From the NCBI GenBank assembly GCA_903833215.1, contig CAILEM010000125.1:10743-74742 (forward strand): a stretch of 64,000 nucleotides of DNA, written 5' to 3'. A program made the position numbers and the translations under genes. Every line of letters begins with the position of its first letter. Position 1 is the first letter of the stretch. This document shows positions 9,501 through 18,161 of this stretch, piece after piece. Source of the stretch: an uncultured Armatimonadetes bacterium (GTDB lineage: Bacteria > Armatimonadota > Fimbriimonadia > Fimbriimonadales > Fimbriimonadaceae). The notes beneath the pieces were generated by a model. That model worked only from the letters and a program-made list of their open reading frames with translations, was not told the origin of the DNA and made no database searches.

Positions 9501-10431
9501 GATCTCAAGCGAGTACAACATGGTCCCGGCGATCATGCGAAACGGGATCTTGACGCCGGAAGTTTGGCGCGCTGGCAATCGCGGAAACGTCGCAAGTGTG
9601 CTAATCGAGAAGCCTGCTGTGGGAGATTTCTTGCCAATCCTGGATGGCGGATACAGTCTTCAGTACAGCCCGTTGATGGAATACCACGAGGGCAAGGGAA
9701 TGGTGATGTTCTGCCAGATGGATGTGACTGGCCGAACCGAGGGTGATCCCGCCGCAGATCGCTTGACTGCAAACCTCCTCAACTACGTGGCCGCTTGGCG
9801 ACCATCGCCAGAGAAGTCAATCTCTTACGTGGGAGATCCGGCAGGAAAGAACCACTTGGAACTGGCAGGTTTTCGTTTGTCGGATGTGAAGTCAACTTCC
9901 GAAGCGAACACCGTTTTGGTTGTCGGACCAGGGGCAGATATGTCGGGTGGACTGCCAGGGTTCGGCACCGTGCTCGGGGTTGGGTTATCCCAATCTGAAG
10001 TTGATCGGTGGATGCGTTTCCATCCCCCGATGGAAACACGTGAGTACATCAACTCGCGCCTTCAACCTGCTCCTTTCAACTCGCCATTCGCAGGAATAGC
10101 TTCCGCAGATGTGTTCAACCGCGATCCGAGGAGCCTTGCTGTGTTCAAGGGGAATTCTGGCGTGCTCAATGTGGCGCCCGATGGTAGAGAGATTCTGTTC
10201 CAACTCGCGCCTTGGACGTTCGACAAGTCCGTGATGAATACAAAGCGAGTTTTTCGACACACAAGCTTCGCGCTCTCGAGGCTGGTTGGAAACCTTGGTG
10301 TACATGCCCAAACACCGCTTTTAGAGCGATTTGGGGCTCCAGTAAAACCCGGCGAGCAACGGTGGCTAACTGGTTTCTACCTGGACACGCCAGTATTGGA
10401 AGACGATCCCTACAGATTCTTCGGTTGGTGA
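6589..10431 (+). CDS. Large secreted glycoside-hydrolase-like protein (GH2-type N-terminal sugar-binding jelly roll, Ig-like domain, TIM barrel, long unassigned C-terminal half)
   Basis: 1280-aa ORF with signal peptide MALWPLALLVSGYAGQADA. GH2-style N-terminal block WYQREITVPANWSGRRISIKAAYVNSLATVFVDGKPAG, then FGFRELWIKGKDFVLNNKRIF and GINMVYTHNY (TIM-barrel start). I did not find a clean WSxGNE acid/base motif. Confidence 0.6.
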   Translation: MALWPLALLVSGYAGQADASLPPTVHPQWAVDLAWTQKTPTRQRICLNGLWRWQPGTDTLPTGSWGWFKVPGCWPGIGDYMQKDCQTVFTHSAWDKENLGRLTSAWYQREITVPANWSGRRISIKAAYVNSLATVFVDGKPAGAISFPGGELDLTKFARAGRKHSLTMQVVALPLKAVMLSYSDTNAAKLMKATVERRGLCGDVFLESSPLKSRIDDVQVQTSVRKWNLTVGATTSNFDRTKKVRLKVRVLDHGVLVDTHTSEPMAPTSNLKFTYPWHPGKLWDIHTPQNQYDLELSLLDSSGKVLDVQPPKRFGFRELWIKGKDFVLNNKRIFWSCVPLDNAAVSAGLASYEGAKESLRRLKSFGINMVYTHNYDCKPGSNLSFDEILRAADDVGILVALTQPHFADYDWAAPGAEQNNGYARHAAYFASVAGSHPSVIAYATSHNATGYAEATNPDHIDGSYEVRDSWAFSNMKKALRAQAIIQKVDPSRIVYHHSSGNLGSMHTMNFYLNFVPIQEMSDWYEHWSTVGVKPAFMVEYGVPFSWDWSTYRGWYNGERSFGSAQVPWEYTMAEWNSQFLGDQAYAVSEAEKRNIRWEANKFKTSKGWFRWDYPYPMGSNHPDFEMQQEVWARYTIDNWRAFRTWGVSGISPWETYGIFWRLKDGVNRGRVELKTDWDHLQRPGYSPDYIDGRYERRDLAYKESDWVPTTGGKGLIAANGEVLAYIGGKPGAFTDKSHNFHAGEVFEKQSILVNNSREPQQWVLSWIFGSGIEATSASGNQVPKVQAPGPFMPGTINSSPLKLKVSSHLPAGEYRVSIAYSVVKKEASMGVDEFKINVLPPTPRVAAIRNLGVYDPAGETTTLLASLGLSGRSVKENADLQGLDVLIVGKGALTIEGGGLDLARVRTGLKVVVFEQSSEVLEKRFGFRVQEYGLRNVFERLMHPILNGLTDDHLRDWRGESTIVPHQRDYKISSEYNMVPAIMRNGILTPEVWRAGNRGNVASVLIEKPAVGDFLPILDGGYSLQYSPLMEYHEGKGMVMFCQMDVTGRTEGDPAADRLTANLLNYVAAWRPSPEKSISYVGDPAGKNHLELAGFRLSDVKSTSEANTVLVVGPGADMSGGLPGFGTVLGVGLSQSEVDRWMRFHPPMETREYINSRLQPAPFNSPFAGIASADVFNRDPRSLAVFKGNSGVLNVAPDGREILFQLAPWTFDKSVMNTKRVFRHTSFALSRLVGNLGVHAQTPLLERFGAPVKPGEQRWLTGFYLDTPVLEDDPYRFFGW

Positions 10432-10503
10432 TAACGCTCCGGTGTAGGGGCAGCGCGTGCGCTGCTAGCGCGGTGTCTGTCAGTGACACTGGCACAAAGA
10501 AGC

Positions 10504-10682
10504 GAGGCACGGCTTAATGTCAAGCAGTATTGGCAGAATGGTCTTGTTCTGTGGCCGCGCACCTAACTCGCGCCTTGAACCCATTTTTGGTCTTGGCGAA
10601 CGGTCCGAACGCCGGTACAAGCCACCCGGCGGCTACGGCGGCAGTTGAAATACCAAAACTGTTTGACATTAAGGCACGCCTC
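10504..10682. repeat. Pair of 25-nt imperfect inverted repeats enclosing 129 nt, in the GH/ABC intergenic gap
   Basis: Left arm 10504..10528 gaggcacggcttaatgtcaagcagt. Right arm 10658..10682 actgtttgacattaaggcacgcctc. 21 Watson-Crick pairs plus one G-T (a G-U only if transcribed from the + strand) out of 25 positions. Confidence 0.8.
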
Positions 10683-10806
10683 TCCCCTCGTGTCCTTGGG
10701 ATGTAGAGTCAATTGTTTGTTTCCAAACTTGAATTACTGGACTTGCGAAAATTGACCCTCATCAAATTCTATCTTTAGAGTTTGCCTGCTAAGATAGCTA
10801 CCACCC

Positions 10807-11721
10807 ATGGCGCGTCGAACCAATTACCGGGCAAAGGAAGCTATCGTCGGCTACCTGTTTGTCAGCCCTTGGATCATCGGTTTTCTGGCGTTTACGCTTT
10901 GGCCCTTCTTACAGAGCATCTATTTGTCGTTCACCCGATACAACATCGTGTCTCCGGCCAAGTGGGTGGGAACTGCCAACTACCGGATGTTGCTGACCCA
11001 GGATCCGCTGTTCTGGCATTCGGCATGGGTGACGATTCGCTTCGCGCTTTTCGCGGTACCCCTTGGCATCATCTTCGGCATTGCGCTGGCTCTTCTCCTG
11101 AACATCAATGTAAAGGGAATTGCCGTGTTTCGGACGATTTTTTTCCTCCCATCCATCGTCCCAACCGTCGCCACATCAGTGCTGTTCATCTGGCTGCTTA
11201 ACCCGAACATTGGGCTTATCAATCGATTGCTGCATGTGGTCGCACTCTTGCTAAGTAAGCCCGGGTTCAATGGCCCGGCATGGCTTAACACGGCACCATG
11301 GGCGTTCTACAGCTTGATTTTGATGGCGCTTTGGGGCGTCGGTGGCAGCATGGTGATCTACCTTGCTGGCTTGAAGGACATCCCCGTTCATTTGTATGAA
11401 GCCGCGACGATCGATGGTGCCAACGCCCTTAGGAAGATGCGCCACATCACACTTCCAATGATGACTCCGGTGATCTTCTTCAACCTGATCATGGGAATCA
11501 TCGGTGCCTTCCAATACTTCACCCAAGCGTACGTCATGACGCCGAATGGTGGTCCCGAAGACAGCACCTACTTTTACAGCCTTTATTTATACAACCGAGC
11601 CTGGAAATATCTGGATATGGGATATGCGAGTGCGATGGCGTGGATGCTGTTCTTGATCATCATCGTCATGACCGGTATCGTGTTCCGCTCTCAAAAGAAG
11701 TGGGTGCACTATGGCGGCTAG
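10807..11721 (+). CDS. Carbohydrate ABC transporter permease (MalF/UgpA-like)
   Basis: 304 aa with multiple TM segments. Binding-protein-dependent permease signature region: EAATIDGANALRKMRHITLPMMTPVIFF. Confidence 0.85.
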   Translation: MARRTNYRAKEAIVGYLFVSPWIIGFLAFTLWPFLQSIYLSFTRYNIVSPAKWVGTANYRMLLTQDPLFWHSAWVTIRFALFAVPLGIIFGIALALLLNINVKGIAVFRTIFFLPSIVPTVATSVLFIWLLNPNIGLINRLLHVVALLLSKPGFNGPAWLNTAPWAFYSLILMALWGVGGSMVIYLAGLKDIPVHLYEAATIDGANALRKMRHITLPMMTPVIFFNLIMGIIGAFQYFTQAYVMTPNGGPEDSTYFYSLYLYNRAWKYLDMGYASAMAWMLFLIIIVMTGIVFRSQKKWVHYGG

Positions 11722-13057
11722 TCTTCTCAAGCGATGGTTGGTGTGGGGCACAGCCGTGCTCATCACGATCGTGGTCTTCGCTTCCGGGCATTCGACGCCA
11801 AGGCGTTACCCCGAGAGAAAGCTCGTGCGGTTTTGGCACCGGTGGCAGGGAGACTGGGAGAAGCAGGTCCAAAAAATCGTTGATGCATTCAACGCCAGCC
11901 AAGATCAATACGAGGTTGTTCCTGTCAGCGTGCCCGGCAGCGGTGCTGATGCCAAGTTCATTCTAGGTGTCATTGGCGGAGATCCCCCCGACCTCATGTC
12001 GATGGGCAGTGGTGCGGTCCCAAACATGGCTGCGAACGGTTTCTTAGCCCCACTCGACGAGTTAATGACTCCGACCGAGAAGGTCGCGTTCTTCAAGGAT
12101 AGCTATCCTGCCATTCGCGATATCGGCATGTACCGCGGCCATTGCTACGGCATGACGATTGGTGCCGACCTCATGGCGTTGTACGTGAACGCCAAGCAAC
12201 TTCGCGAGGCAGGATTTGACCCTGACAAGTTTCCCAAGACCCTTGAAGAAGTTGAAGCGATGGGAACCGCCCTCAATAAGTACGACAAGAACGGTCACCT
12301 GACCCGGCTTGGTTTCTTGTTGAGCGATGTTGCCTACGTTTCGCACAACTTCGGTGGCGGCTTCTACGTTCACGAAGACGGCAAACTGGAACTCAATACC
12401 CCTCAAAACCTTCGTGCCCTCGATGCCATCGTGTCCTACCGAAAGAAGTTAGGTTTCGAAAATGTTTTGAGGTTCCAGGCGGGGCTAAACGACATCGAAG
12501 GAGCAGCTTCGTGGGCATTCATGCATGGCGATTTGAGCATCACCTACGACGGTCAGTGGCGTGTCGAGGAGCTACGCAAGTTCAAACCGGACTTGGAGTA
12601 CCGCGTATATCCCGTTCCCCCTCCGAAAGAGGGAGGTACTCCTTTGGGAGGGCTGGTGGGTGGGAACTACATGATCGTTCCCATTTCTGCAAAACAGAAG
12701 CTTGGTGCTTGGGAATTCCTGAAATTCTGGAGCGGATTGGATAATCCAGATCGTGCCGCGACTTTCTATAACATGGGTGGTTGGTTGCCGTATTCGCCGG
12801 CGGTGGCGAAATCTCCAACGTTCCAGAAATGGCTCAAAGGGGACCAGCAGTTCCAAGCTTTCCTGGATATCCTTGCCAGTCCTAATTGCAAACCGCCTCC
12901 TGCCATCGCAAATCTTCAGTTCCTAACCGACCTGATTACTCGGGCGGAGAATCAAGCGACGGCAGGTTCTAAGACCCCAACACAGGCTTTGACCGAACTC
13001 GAACAGAAATACAAAGAAGAGACAGCGAAGAGGAGGGCATTGGGCTATGACGAGTGA
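11711..13057 (+). CDS. ABC transporter extracellular solute-binding protein (family 1, sugar type)
   Basis: 448 aa with an N-terminal anchor/signal (LVWGTAVLITIVVFASG). Length and composition are typical of family-1 binding proteins. It overlaps both flanking permease genes by 11 nt. Confidence 0.8.
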   Translation: MAASLLKRWLVWGTAVLITIVVFASGHSTPRRYPERKLVRFWHRWQGDWEKQVQKIVDAFNASQDQYEVVPVSVPGSGADAKFILGVIGGDPPDLMSMGSGAVPNMAANGFLAPLDELMTPTEKVAFFKDSYPAIRDIGMYRGHCYGMTIGADLMALYVNAKQLREAGFDPDKFPKTLEEVEAMGTALNKYDKNGHLTRLGFLLSDVAYVSHNFGGGFYVHEDGKLELNTPQNLRALDAIVSYRKKLGFENVLRFQAGLNDIEGAASWAFMHGDLSITYDGQWRVEELRKFKPDLEYRVYPVPPPKEGGTPLGGLVGGNYMIVPISAKQKLGAWEFLKFWSGLDNPDRAATFYNMGGWLPYSPAVAKSPTFQKWLKGDQQFQAFLDILASPNCKPPPAIANLQFLTDLITRAENQATAGSKTPTQALTELEQKYKEETAKRRALGYDE

Positions 13058-13901
13058 GCCTAAGGTCAATATTTCGATCTCAGCGAAGGTGGGTGTCTAT
13101 GGGGCCCTGGTTTTGCTGTCTATTCCTGCGCTCTTGCCAATGCTTTGGATGGTATCGACGTCGCTAAAGACGGATACCCAGATCTTTGGCACCGCGGAGC
13201 TAAGCCTCAATTCCCTGTTTCCGAACCCAATCACCACGCATAACTATCCAGCCGCGATGCAGAACATGCCGTTCTTGCTGTACCTGCGCAACACATTGCT
13301 ACTGTGTATATGTACTGTCACTGGTGCCGTCGCGAGCAGTGCCATTGTCGCCTACGGATTTGCGAAGCTCAATTTCCCGGGGCGCAACGCGATGTTCGGC
13401 TTGATGATTGCCACGATGGCCCTGCCTGGCCAAGTGACGATGATTCCGATATTCAGCCTATTTCGTTCGATCGGATGGTACGGGACGTATTTGCCACTCA
13501 TCGTTCCCGCGTTCACGGCGTCGGCTTACTACGTTTTCCTACTGACTCAGTTCTTCAAGACAGTTCCGCTCGAAATGTCAGAAGCGGCCAAAGTTGATGG
13601 AGCCAACGAGTGGACCATCTTCTTGAGATTGGTGCTACCACTTTCAAAACCGGCCCTGGCAACTTGTGCCCTATTCCAGTTCATTGGAACTTGGAACGAT
13701 TTTCTCGGCCCTTTGCTTTATGTGAACGATCCTGCCAAATATCCTTTGGCATATGGCCTGCAGCAGTTCGTGTCCCACTACGGCGGATTTTTCGCCCAGC
13801 TAATGGCGGCGGCGACGATTTTCACGTTGCCAATCATCATCCTGTTCTTTTTTGCTCAGAAGACGTTTATCCAAGGCATTTCAACAACTGGGGGCAAATA
13901 G
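13047..13901 (+). CDS. Carbohydrate ABC transporter permease (MalG/UgpE-like)
   Basis: 284 aa, six predicted TM segments. Signature region: EAAKVDGANEWTIFLRLVLPLSKPALAT. Confidence 0.85.
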   Translation: MTSEPKVNISISAKVGVYGALVLLSIPALLPMLWMVSTSLKTDTQIFGTAELSLNSLFPNPITTHNYPAAMQNMPFLLYLRNTLLLCICTVTGAVASSAIVAYGFAKLNFPGRNAMFGLMIATMALPGQVTMIPIFSLFRSIGWYGTYLPLIVPAFTASAYYVFLLTQFFKTVPLEMSEAAKVDGANEWTIFLRLVLPLSKPALATCALFQFIGTWNDFLGPLLYVNDPAKYPLAYGLQQFVSHYGGFFAQLMAAATIFTLPIIILFFFAQKTFIQGISTTGGK

Positions 13902-13982
13902 TGAGTATTAAGTCGCGTTTTATACGCCAAGACCCCGTTCTAAGTTGCAATTACTCGCGCATACGCCTATTATTATAGGCCT

Positions 13983-14726
13983 ATGGACCTAGATCGATGC
14001 CCTAGGTGTGGCTCAAAATGGATGGGTGGCGAGTTCTGTCCAAACTGCAAGTTTGTACCGATTGGTGCAGGGCTCAAGGCCGGCACCAAGAAGAAAAAGA
14101 AGCACAAGAAGTACGTAGAGCCAGGTTCTTCGAGAGGTTTCTTGGTGGTTGTGTTTCTTGGGCTACTGGGATACGGCACCTACAAGTATGAGCCTTGGAA
14201 AGATGATTGGGAGTTTGTAAGAGCTCTGATGGGGCAAGGCAGACACCACAGTCTCGTTGGTGAGTGGGAAGTCGTAAAAACTGTCGCTTTCAACAAGCAA
14301 CAAGGTATGGTCGCACGAGATAACGTTCGGAAAGGAAGCTTTAGCTTTGGCAAAAAGGGTGGCGTCAAATTCGAATTGATGCATCCTCAGTCTCAGACGA
14401 CGGCATCGGGGCAATACATCCAAGAAGGCACCGTCGTTGCAATGCGGGACCTTAGGACTACTGGGGACGCCGTAGAGCCCATAAAACCAATCATAAGTAT
14501 GAATTTAGCGTGGACGGGTAATGATAACGTCATCGCTATGGATAAGACGGAAGCGATCTACTTGCACCGGCGCAAGGCAGGAAGCGGGTTAACGACCTTT
14601 ATGCAGATGGATCTGAAGAAAGGGGCGAAACCTGACGACGGCAAGGAACCCGAAATGATGCGGGGGATGGTCGGTGAAATGAAACGATCTCTGCAGGAAA
14701 CGGATGAACCGGCGGGAAATAATTGA
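13983..14726 (+). CDS. Hypothetical zinc-ribbon / single-pass membrane protein
   Basis: 247 aa. N-terminal CPRCGSKWMGGEFCPNCK (CxxC..CxxC), a lysine run (KKKKKHKK), a TM helix (FLVVVFLGLLGYGTY), then a ~150-aa soluble domain. Confidence 0.55.
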   Translation: MDLDRCPRCGSKWMGGEFCPNCKFVPIGAGLKAGTKKKKKHKKYVEPGSSRGFLVVVFLGLLGYGTYKYEPWKDDWEFVRALMGQGRHHSLVGEWEVVKTVAFNKQQGMVARDNVRKGSFSFGKKGGVKFELMHPQSQTTASGQYIQEGTVVAMRDLRTTGDAVEPIKPIISMNLAWTGNDNVIAMDKTEAIYLHRRKAGSGLTTFMQMDLKKGAKPDDGKEPEMMRGMVGEMKRSLQETDEPAGNN

Positions 14727-14737
14727 AGGTTAAACCA

Positions 14738-15532
14738 ATGAGCTTAATATCTAAAACACGCCGCGGCTTTACGATTATCGAACTCCTGGTGGTGATTGCG
14801 ATTATCCTGGTTCTCGCAGGAATCCTATTCCCGGTGTTTGCCAAGGCTAAGCAAAGTGCCTTGCGCACGGCTGCGATGAGCCAATCAAAGCAGTTGGGAA
14901 CGGCTCTGACGTTATACGTCGATCAAAGCGACGGTAAGTACCTGCCTTCCACAAACTATGGGCTGCCCGATAAGTCTCCTCAGAAGATGTGGCAGACCGG
15001 ACTCGTTGGCATTGCCAAAGACCAAAAGATCTTCGTTGCTCCTGGAAGTGAAGGGAAGTTCGCAGAGAACTGGGCTGATCGCGGCGAAATGTCGATTGGT
15101 TATAACAGCGCGACCGCCGTAGACAAGCAGCAGGGTTGTTCGGACGATCAAGAAGACACCAATAACTGTATTGCATTCAAGACGGCAGCAGAATTCTCGA
15201 AGGATGAAAATCCTTCGGCGATCGGCTTGTTCGCGGTCACTCCTAACGGTCCAACCGCCAACAACTATCGGGGATACGAATTCAGTCCATACAACGGGGC
15301 ACCCAACACAGATCATCCAAAGCTTAGTCCCCCTCTGGTAAGCGACCGTGATCTTGTTAAAGAGATGACGCAGTACCCGGCTGATGCCTTGAAGCCGATC
15401 TACTGTCGGTACCTGAGCACGGGGCAAGATGAAGGCTTTACGCCTGTTATTTTTGCGGACGGACATGCTAAGGATTACAGCGCGAAGCAGATTCAGGATG
15501 GTGCTTCGAACATCGTCTGGCGATTCCGCTAG
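14738..15532 (+). CDS. Prepilin-type N-terminal cleavage/methylation domain protein (type IV pilin-like, DUF1559-like)
   Basis: Track ORF starts at TTG 14723. The ATG at 14738 (GAAGG 9 nt upstream) gives MSLISKTRRG|[24 protein letters not shown], a class III leader plus hydrophobic helix. C-terminal FADGHAKDY motif. Confidence 0.85.
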   Translation: MSLISKTRRGFTIIELLVVIAIILVLAGILFPVFAKAKQSALRTAAMSQSKQLGTALTLYVDQSDGKYLPSTNYGLPDKSPQKMWQTGLVGIAKDQKIFVAPGSEGKFAENWADRGEMSIGYNSATAVDKQQGCSDDQEDTNNCIAFKTAAEFSKDENPSAIGLFAVTPNGPTANNYRGYEFSPYNGAPNTDHPKLSPPLVSDRDLVKEMTQYPADALKPIYCRYLSTGQDEGFTPVIFADGHAKDYSAKQIQDGASNIVWRFR

Positions 15533-15550
15533 AGCGACCAATGGATAAGA

Positions 15551-15587
15551 GCAAAGAAAAGGGCCCAACTCGGGCCCTTTTCTTTGC
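15551..15587 (+). terminator. Rho-independent terminator (potentially bidirectional)
   Basis: Perfect 16-bp inverted repeat gcaaagaaaagggccc / gggcccttttctttgc with loop aactc. GC-rich core GGGCCC, a 3' T-tract and a 5' A-tract. Confidence 0.8.
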
Positions 15588-15617
15588 GTTGCTTTTACAT
15601 GTTGGAAAGCGTCTTGA

Positions 15618-17930
15618 ATGCTGAAAACTATGCAGAAGCTCATTCTGAGCGGATTGGCTGCGCTTGCATGCATTGGCACTGTGAGTGCTCAACCAAAGTT
15701 CATCGACGAAACACGGATCAAGTACGACGCCCAGTGCTTTAGCGTTAACGGCAAAGATACATTCATCTACAGCGGTGCATTTCACTACTTCCGGTGTCCG
15801 CAAACCCTGTGGGCAGATCGATTTAGCAAGATCAGAGCGGCTGGCTTCAATACTGTCGAGACGTACATCCCGTGGAACTACCACGAGCAGGAAGAGCCGT
15901 CCGGTTTGGATGATTTTTCGAAAATCAAACTTCGAGAATGTCAAGAATGGCTACAGATGGCGATCGAGAAATTTGGGCTAAACGTGATTGTGCGTCCTGG
16001 ACCCTATATCTGCTCCGAGTGGGACAGCGGCGGCTACCCGCAATGGTTGATGAAGCACAAACCCGAGGGGGTCAAGGGCGGTTGGCTTCGATCTGCTGAA
16101 CCAACCTATCTGGCGTGGTCGCGACATTGGTTCAAGGCGGTAGCTCGTGCCGTCGAGCGCTATCAGATCACGCGAAGGCCGGCAGGAAAGCCTGGAATTA
16201 TCATGTTCCAGCTTGAAAACGAATACGATTACGACGGAGGACCCGACGAGTCGCACATCGGACAGTTGAAGGCGCTTCAGCAGCAAACGATTGACGGAGG
16301 CATTGAAGTTCCCTTCGTTACCTGCTGGACTCGGCAAGTGCGTGGCTCGAAAGATTCCCTACTCAGCCAGGTGATGGATTCCTGTAATTTCTATCCCCGT
16401 TGGGATGTCGCCGGCACCGCAGGATCTCTCGCAAGGCTCAAGCAACAGCAGCCAGGTGCGCCTCAGATGGTTCTGGAACTCCAAGGCGGCTGGTTTTCAG
16501 AGAATGGCGGAAAGCTTGCCGAAGATCAGGGTGGCATTACCGCTGCGCAGATTAATAACCTGACGCTTTTCTGTATTCAGAACGGTGTTTCGGCGCTGAA
16601 TTACTACATGTTGTTTGGCGGGACAAACTTCGGAGACCGTACGCCGCCGAACATCACAACTAGCTACGACTACTTTGCCCCAATCCGAGAGGATGGAGCC
16701 TTGGGCAAGAAGTATCAGGCAGTTTCTGCGATTGGAGCTATGCTCAAAGAATACGGAGCGAGATTTGCTCGCTCCACACCACTCGCAATTGAGGCAACGA
16801 CTTCCGATCCAGCCGTGAAGGTCGCCCTTCGGTTCGACACAACCGGTGCACGGATTCTGTTCGTGCGCAATACTTCGCGGACAACCCCTCAGTCGGGTGA
16901 AGCATCAATTCCTGGGTTGAAATTCCACTACGATCTTGAGCCGTTTGGTTCGAAAATCCTCTACGTTCCAAAAGAGGAGACAGACGGCGAAAAGGGAGTT
17001 TGGCTCCCCAAACCGGTCGCAGACCTGCCTGAGCCGACTGTCGCCACCTCCGTTCGAATTGCGTCGGCATCTCGGCACTTTGAAGATGGTGGACGAGAAT
17101 GGGAAACCACTAAAGCCGGAGTGCCACTCAACGCCCAAGGGATCTATGACGCCCGATACGTCGTCTACCGATCAACATTTGATGCGCCGAATACCCAAGA
17201 CAAGAACCTCTTCATCGAGTCGTTTGATCATCAGTCGATCGTTGTTCGGCTCAATGGAAAGCTGCTGCCTGAGGCAACGGGAGCATTAGGTAAGAACCTG
17301 TATAGCGCCGACGGTTTGCTGCCGCGCGGAAATCACCTTGAAATCCTCTTGGAGAACGAGGGCTATGTCAACGGTGGTCCCATGGATGCGCCCCGTGGCC
17401 TTGCCACCGTCGTCTTGCTAAAGACAGGTTCGACCGGAAAGCGGATTGCAGGCAAAACGGTCCCCGAAGGTCTCGATCTGCCTTTGCAACTATGCACGGA
17501 ACTTCTTGGAGTCCAAGACCGTTGGTTCAGTCGTTCTGAATTCGGAGACGACTGGACGAATGTTTGGCTTCAATCAGCCTCTTCCATCGCACGAAAAGTG
17601 TCGAGAGCAGATGCCAATAACGATGGTGAGCCTTCCTCGCATCTCATGTCTTGGTACAAGATGCAGTTTCAACTACCTGCACGTCAAGCCAGTGAGCCGA
17701 CGAGACGCCTCTTGATTGATGCAACCGGGGATGGTTTCATCTACTTAAACGGGCGTCTCCTCGGTCGCTTCTGGCAACAGGGACCTCAGCGAGAGTTCTA
17801 CGTTCCGGAATCATGGCTGAACTACGATGGAAAGGAAAACCACCTTGCCCTGTCACTGAGGCCACATGGTGGTGTTGAGGCGTTACGCGCCGTTGAAATT
17901 GCAGGCTATCCCGATCGTCGGAATGAATAG
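15618..17930 (+). CDS. Beta-galactosidase, glycoside hydrolase family 35
   Basis: 770 aa with a signal peptide. GH35 N-terminal block FHYFRCPQTLWADRFSKIRAAGFNTVETYIPWNYHEQEEP and the catalytic-region motif QLENEYD. Confidence 0.9.
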   Translation: MLKTMQKLILSGLAALACIGTVSAQPKFIDETRIKYDAQCFSVNGKDTFIYSGAFHYFRCPQTLWADRFSKIRAAGFNTVETYIPWNYHEQEEPSGLDDFSKIKLRECQEWLQMAIEKFGLNVIVRPGPYICSEWDSGGYPQWLMKHKPEGVKGGWLRSAEPTYLAWSRHWFKAVARAVERYQITRRPAGKPGIIMFQLENEYDYDGGPDESHIGQLKALQQQTIDGGIEVPFVTCWTRQVRGSKDSLLSQVMDSCNFYPRWDVAGTAGSLARLKQQQPGAPQMVLELQGGWFSENGGKLAEDQGGITAAQINNLTLFCIQNGVSALNYYMLFGGTNFGDRTPPNITTSYDYFAPIREDGALGKKYQAVSAIGAMLKEYGARFARSTPLAIEATTSDPAVKVALRFDTTGARILFVRNTSRTTPQSGEASIPGLKFHYDLEPFGSKILYVPKEETDGEKGVWLPKPVADLPEPTVATSVRIASASRHFEDGGREWETTKAGVPLNAQGIYDARYVVYRSTFDAPNTQDKNLFIESFDHQSIVVRLNGKLLPEATGALGKNLYSADGLLPRGNHLEILLENEGYVNGGPMDAPRGLATVVLLKTGSTGKRIAGKTVPEGLDLPLQLCTELLGVQDRWFSRSEFGDDWTNVWLQSASSIARKVSRADANNDGEPSSHLMSWYKMQFQLPARQASEPTRRLLIDATGDGFIYLNGRLLGRFWQQGPQREFYVPESWLNYDGKENHLALSLRPHGGVEALRAVEIAGYPDRRNE

Positions 17931-18041
17931 CTCGGTCGGCTGATTGGGCTTTTGGTGTCAAAATCCAAGGCCCAACTCGATTCAAAGCCGCTGCGCCGAG
18001 CGATGGAGTCGCTTGGCGCGGTACAATCTTTCGACTCTCGT

Positions 18042-18117
18042 GGGCCTGTAGCTCAGTCGGTAGAGCAGCGGCCTTTTAAGCCGTTTGTCGCGGGTTCGAG
18101 TCCCGCCGGGCCTACCA
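18042..18117 (+). tRNA. tRNA-Lys (anticodon TTT), CCA encoded
   Basis: 76-nt cloverleaf folded by hand: acceptor GGGCCTG/CGGGCCT, D arm GCTC-AGTCGGTA-GAGC, anticodon arm GCGGC-CTTTTAA-GCCGT, variable loop TTGTC, T arm GCGGG-TTCGAGT-CCCGC, discriminator A, then CCA. Confidence 0.95.
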
Positions 18118-18161
18118 GCGTATAGCATTCGGAGCGGATAAAGCATAAAATCTGCTCCGTA

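Noticed and set aside
14912-15679. 255-aa minus-strand ORF
   Set aside because: It is antisense to the pilin-like gene and crosses the strong terminator at 15551..15587. Its composition is typical of a shadow frame.
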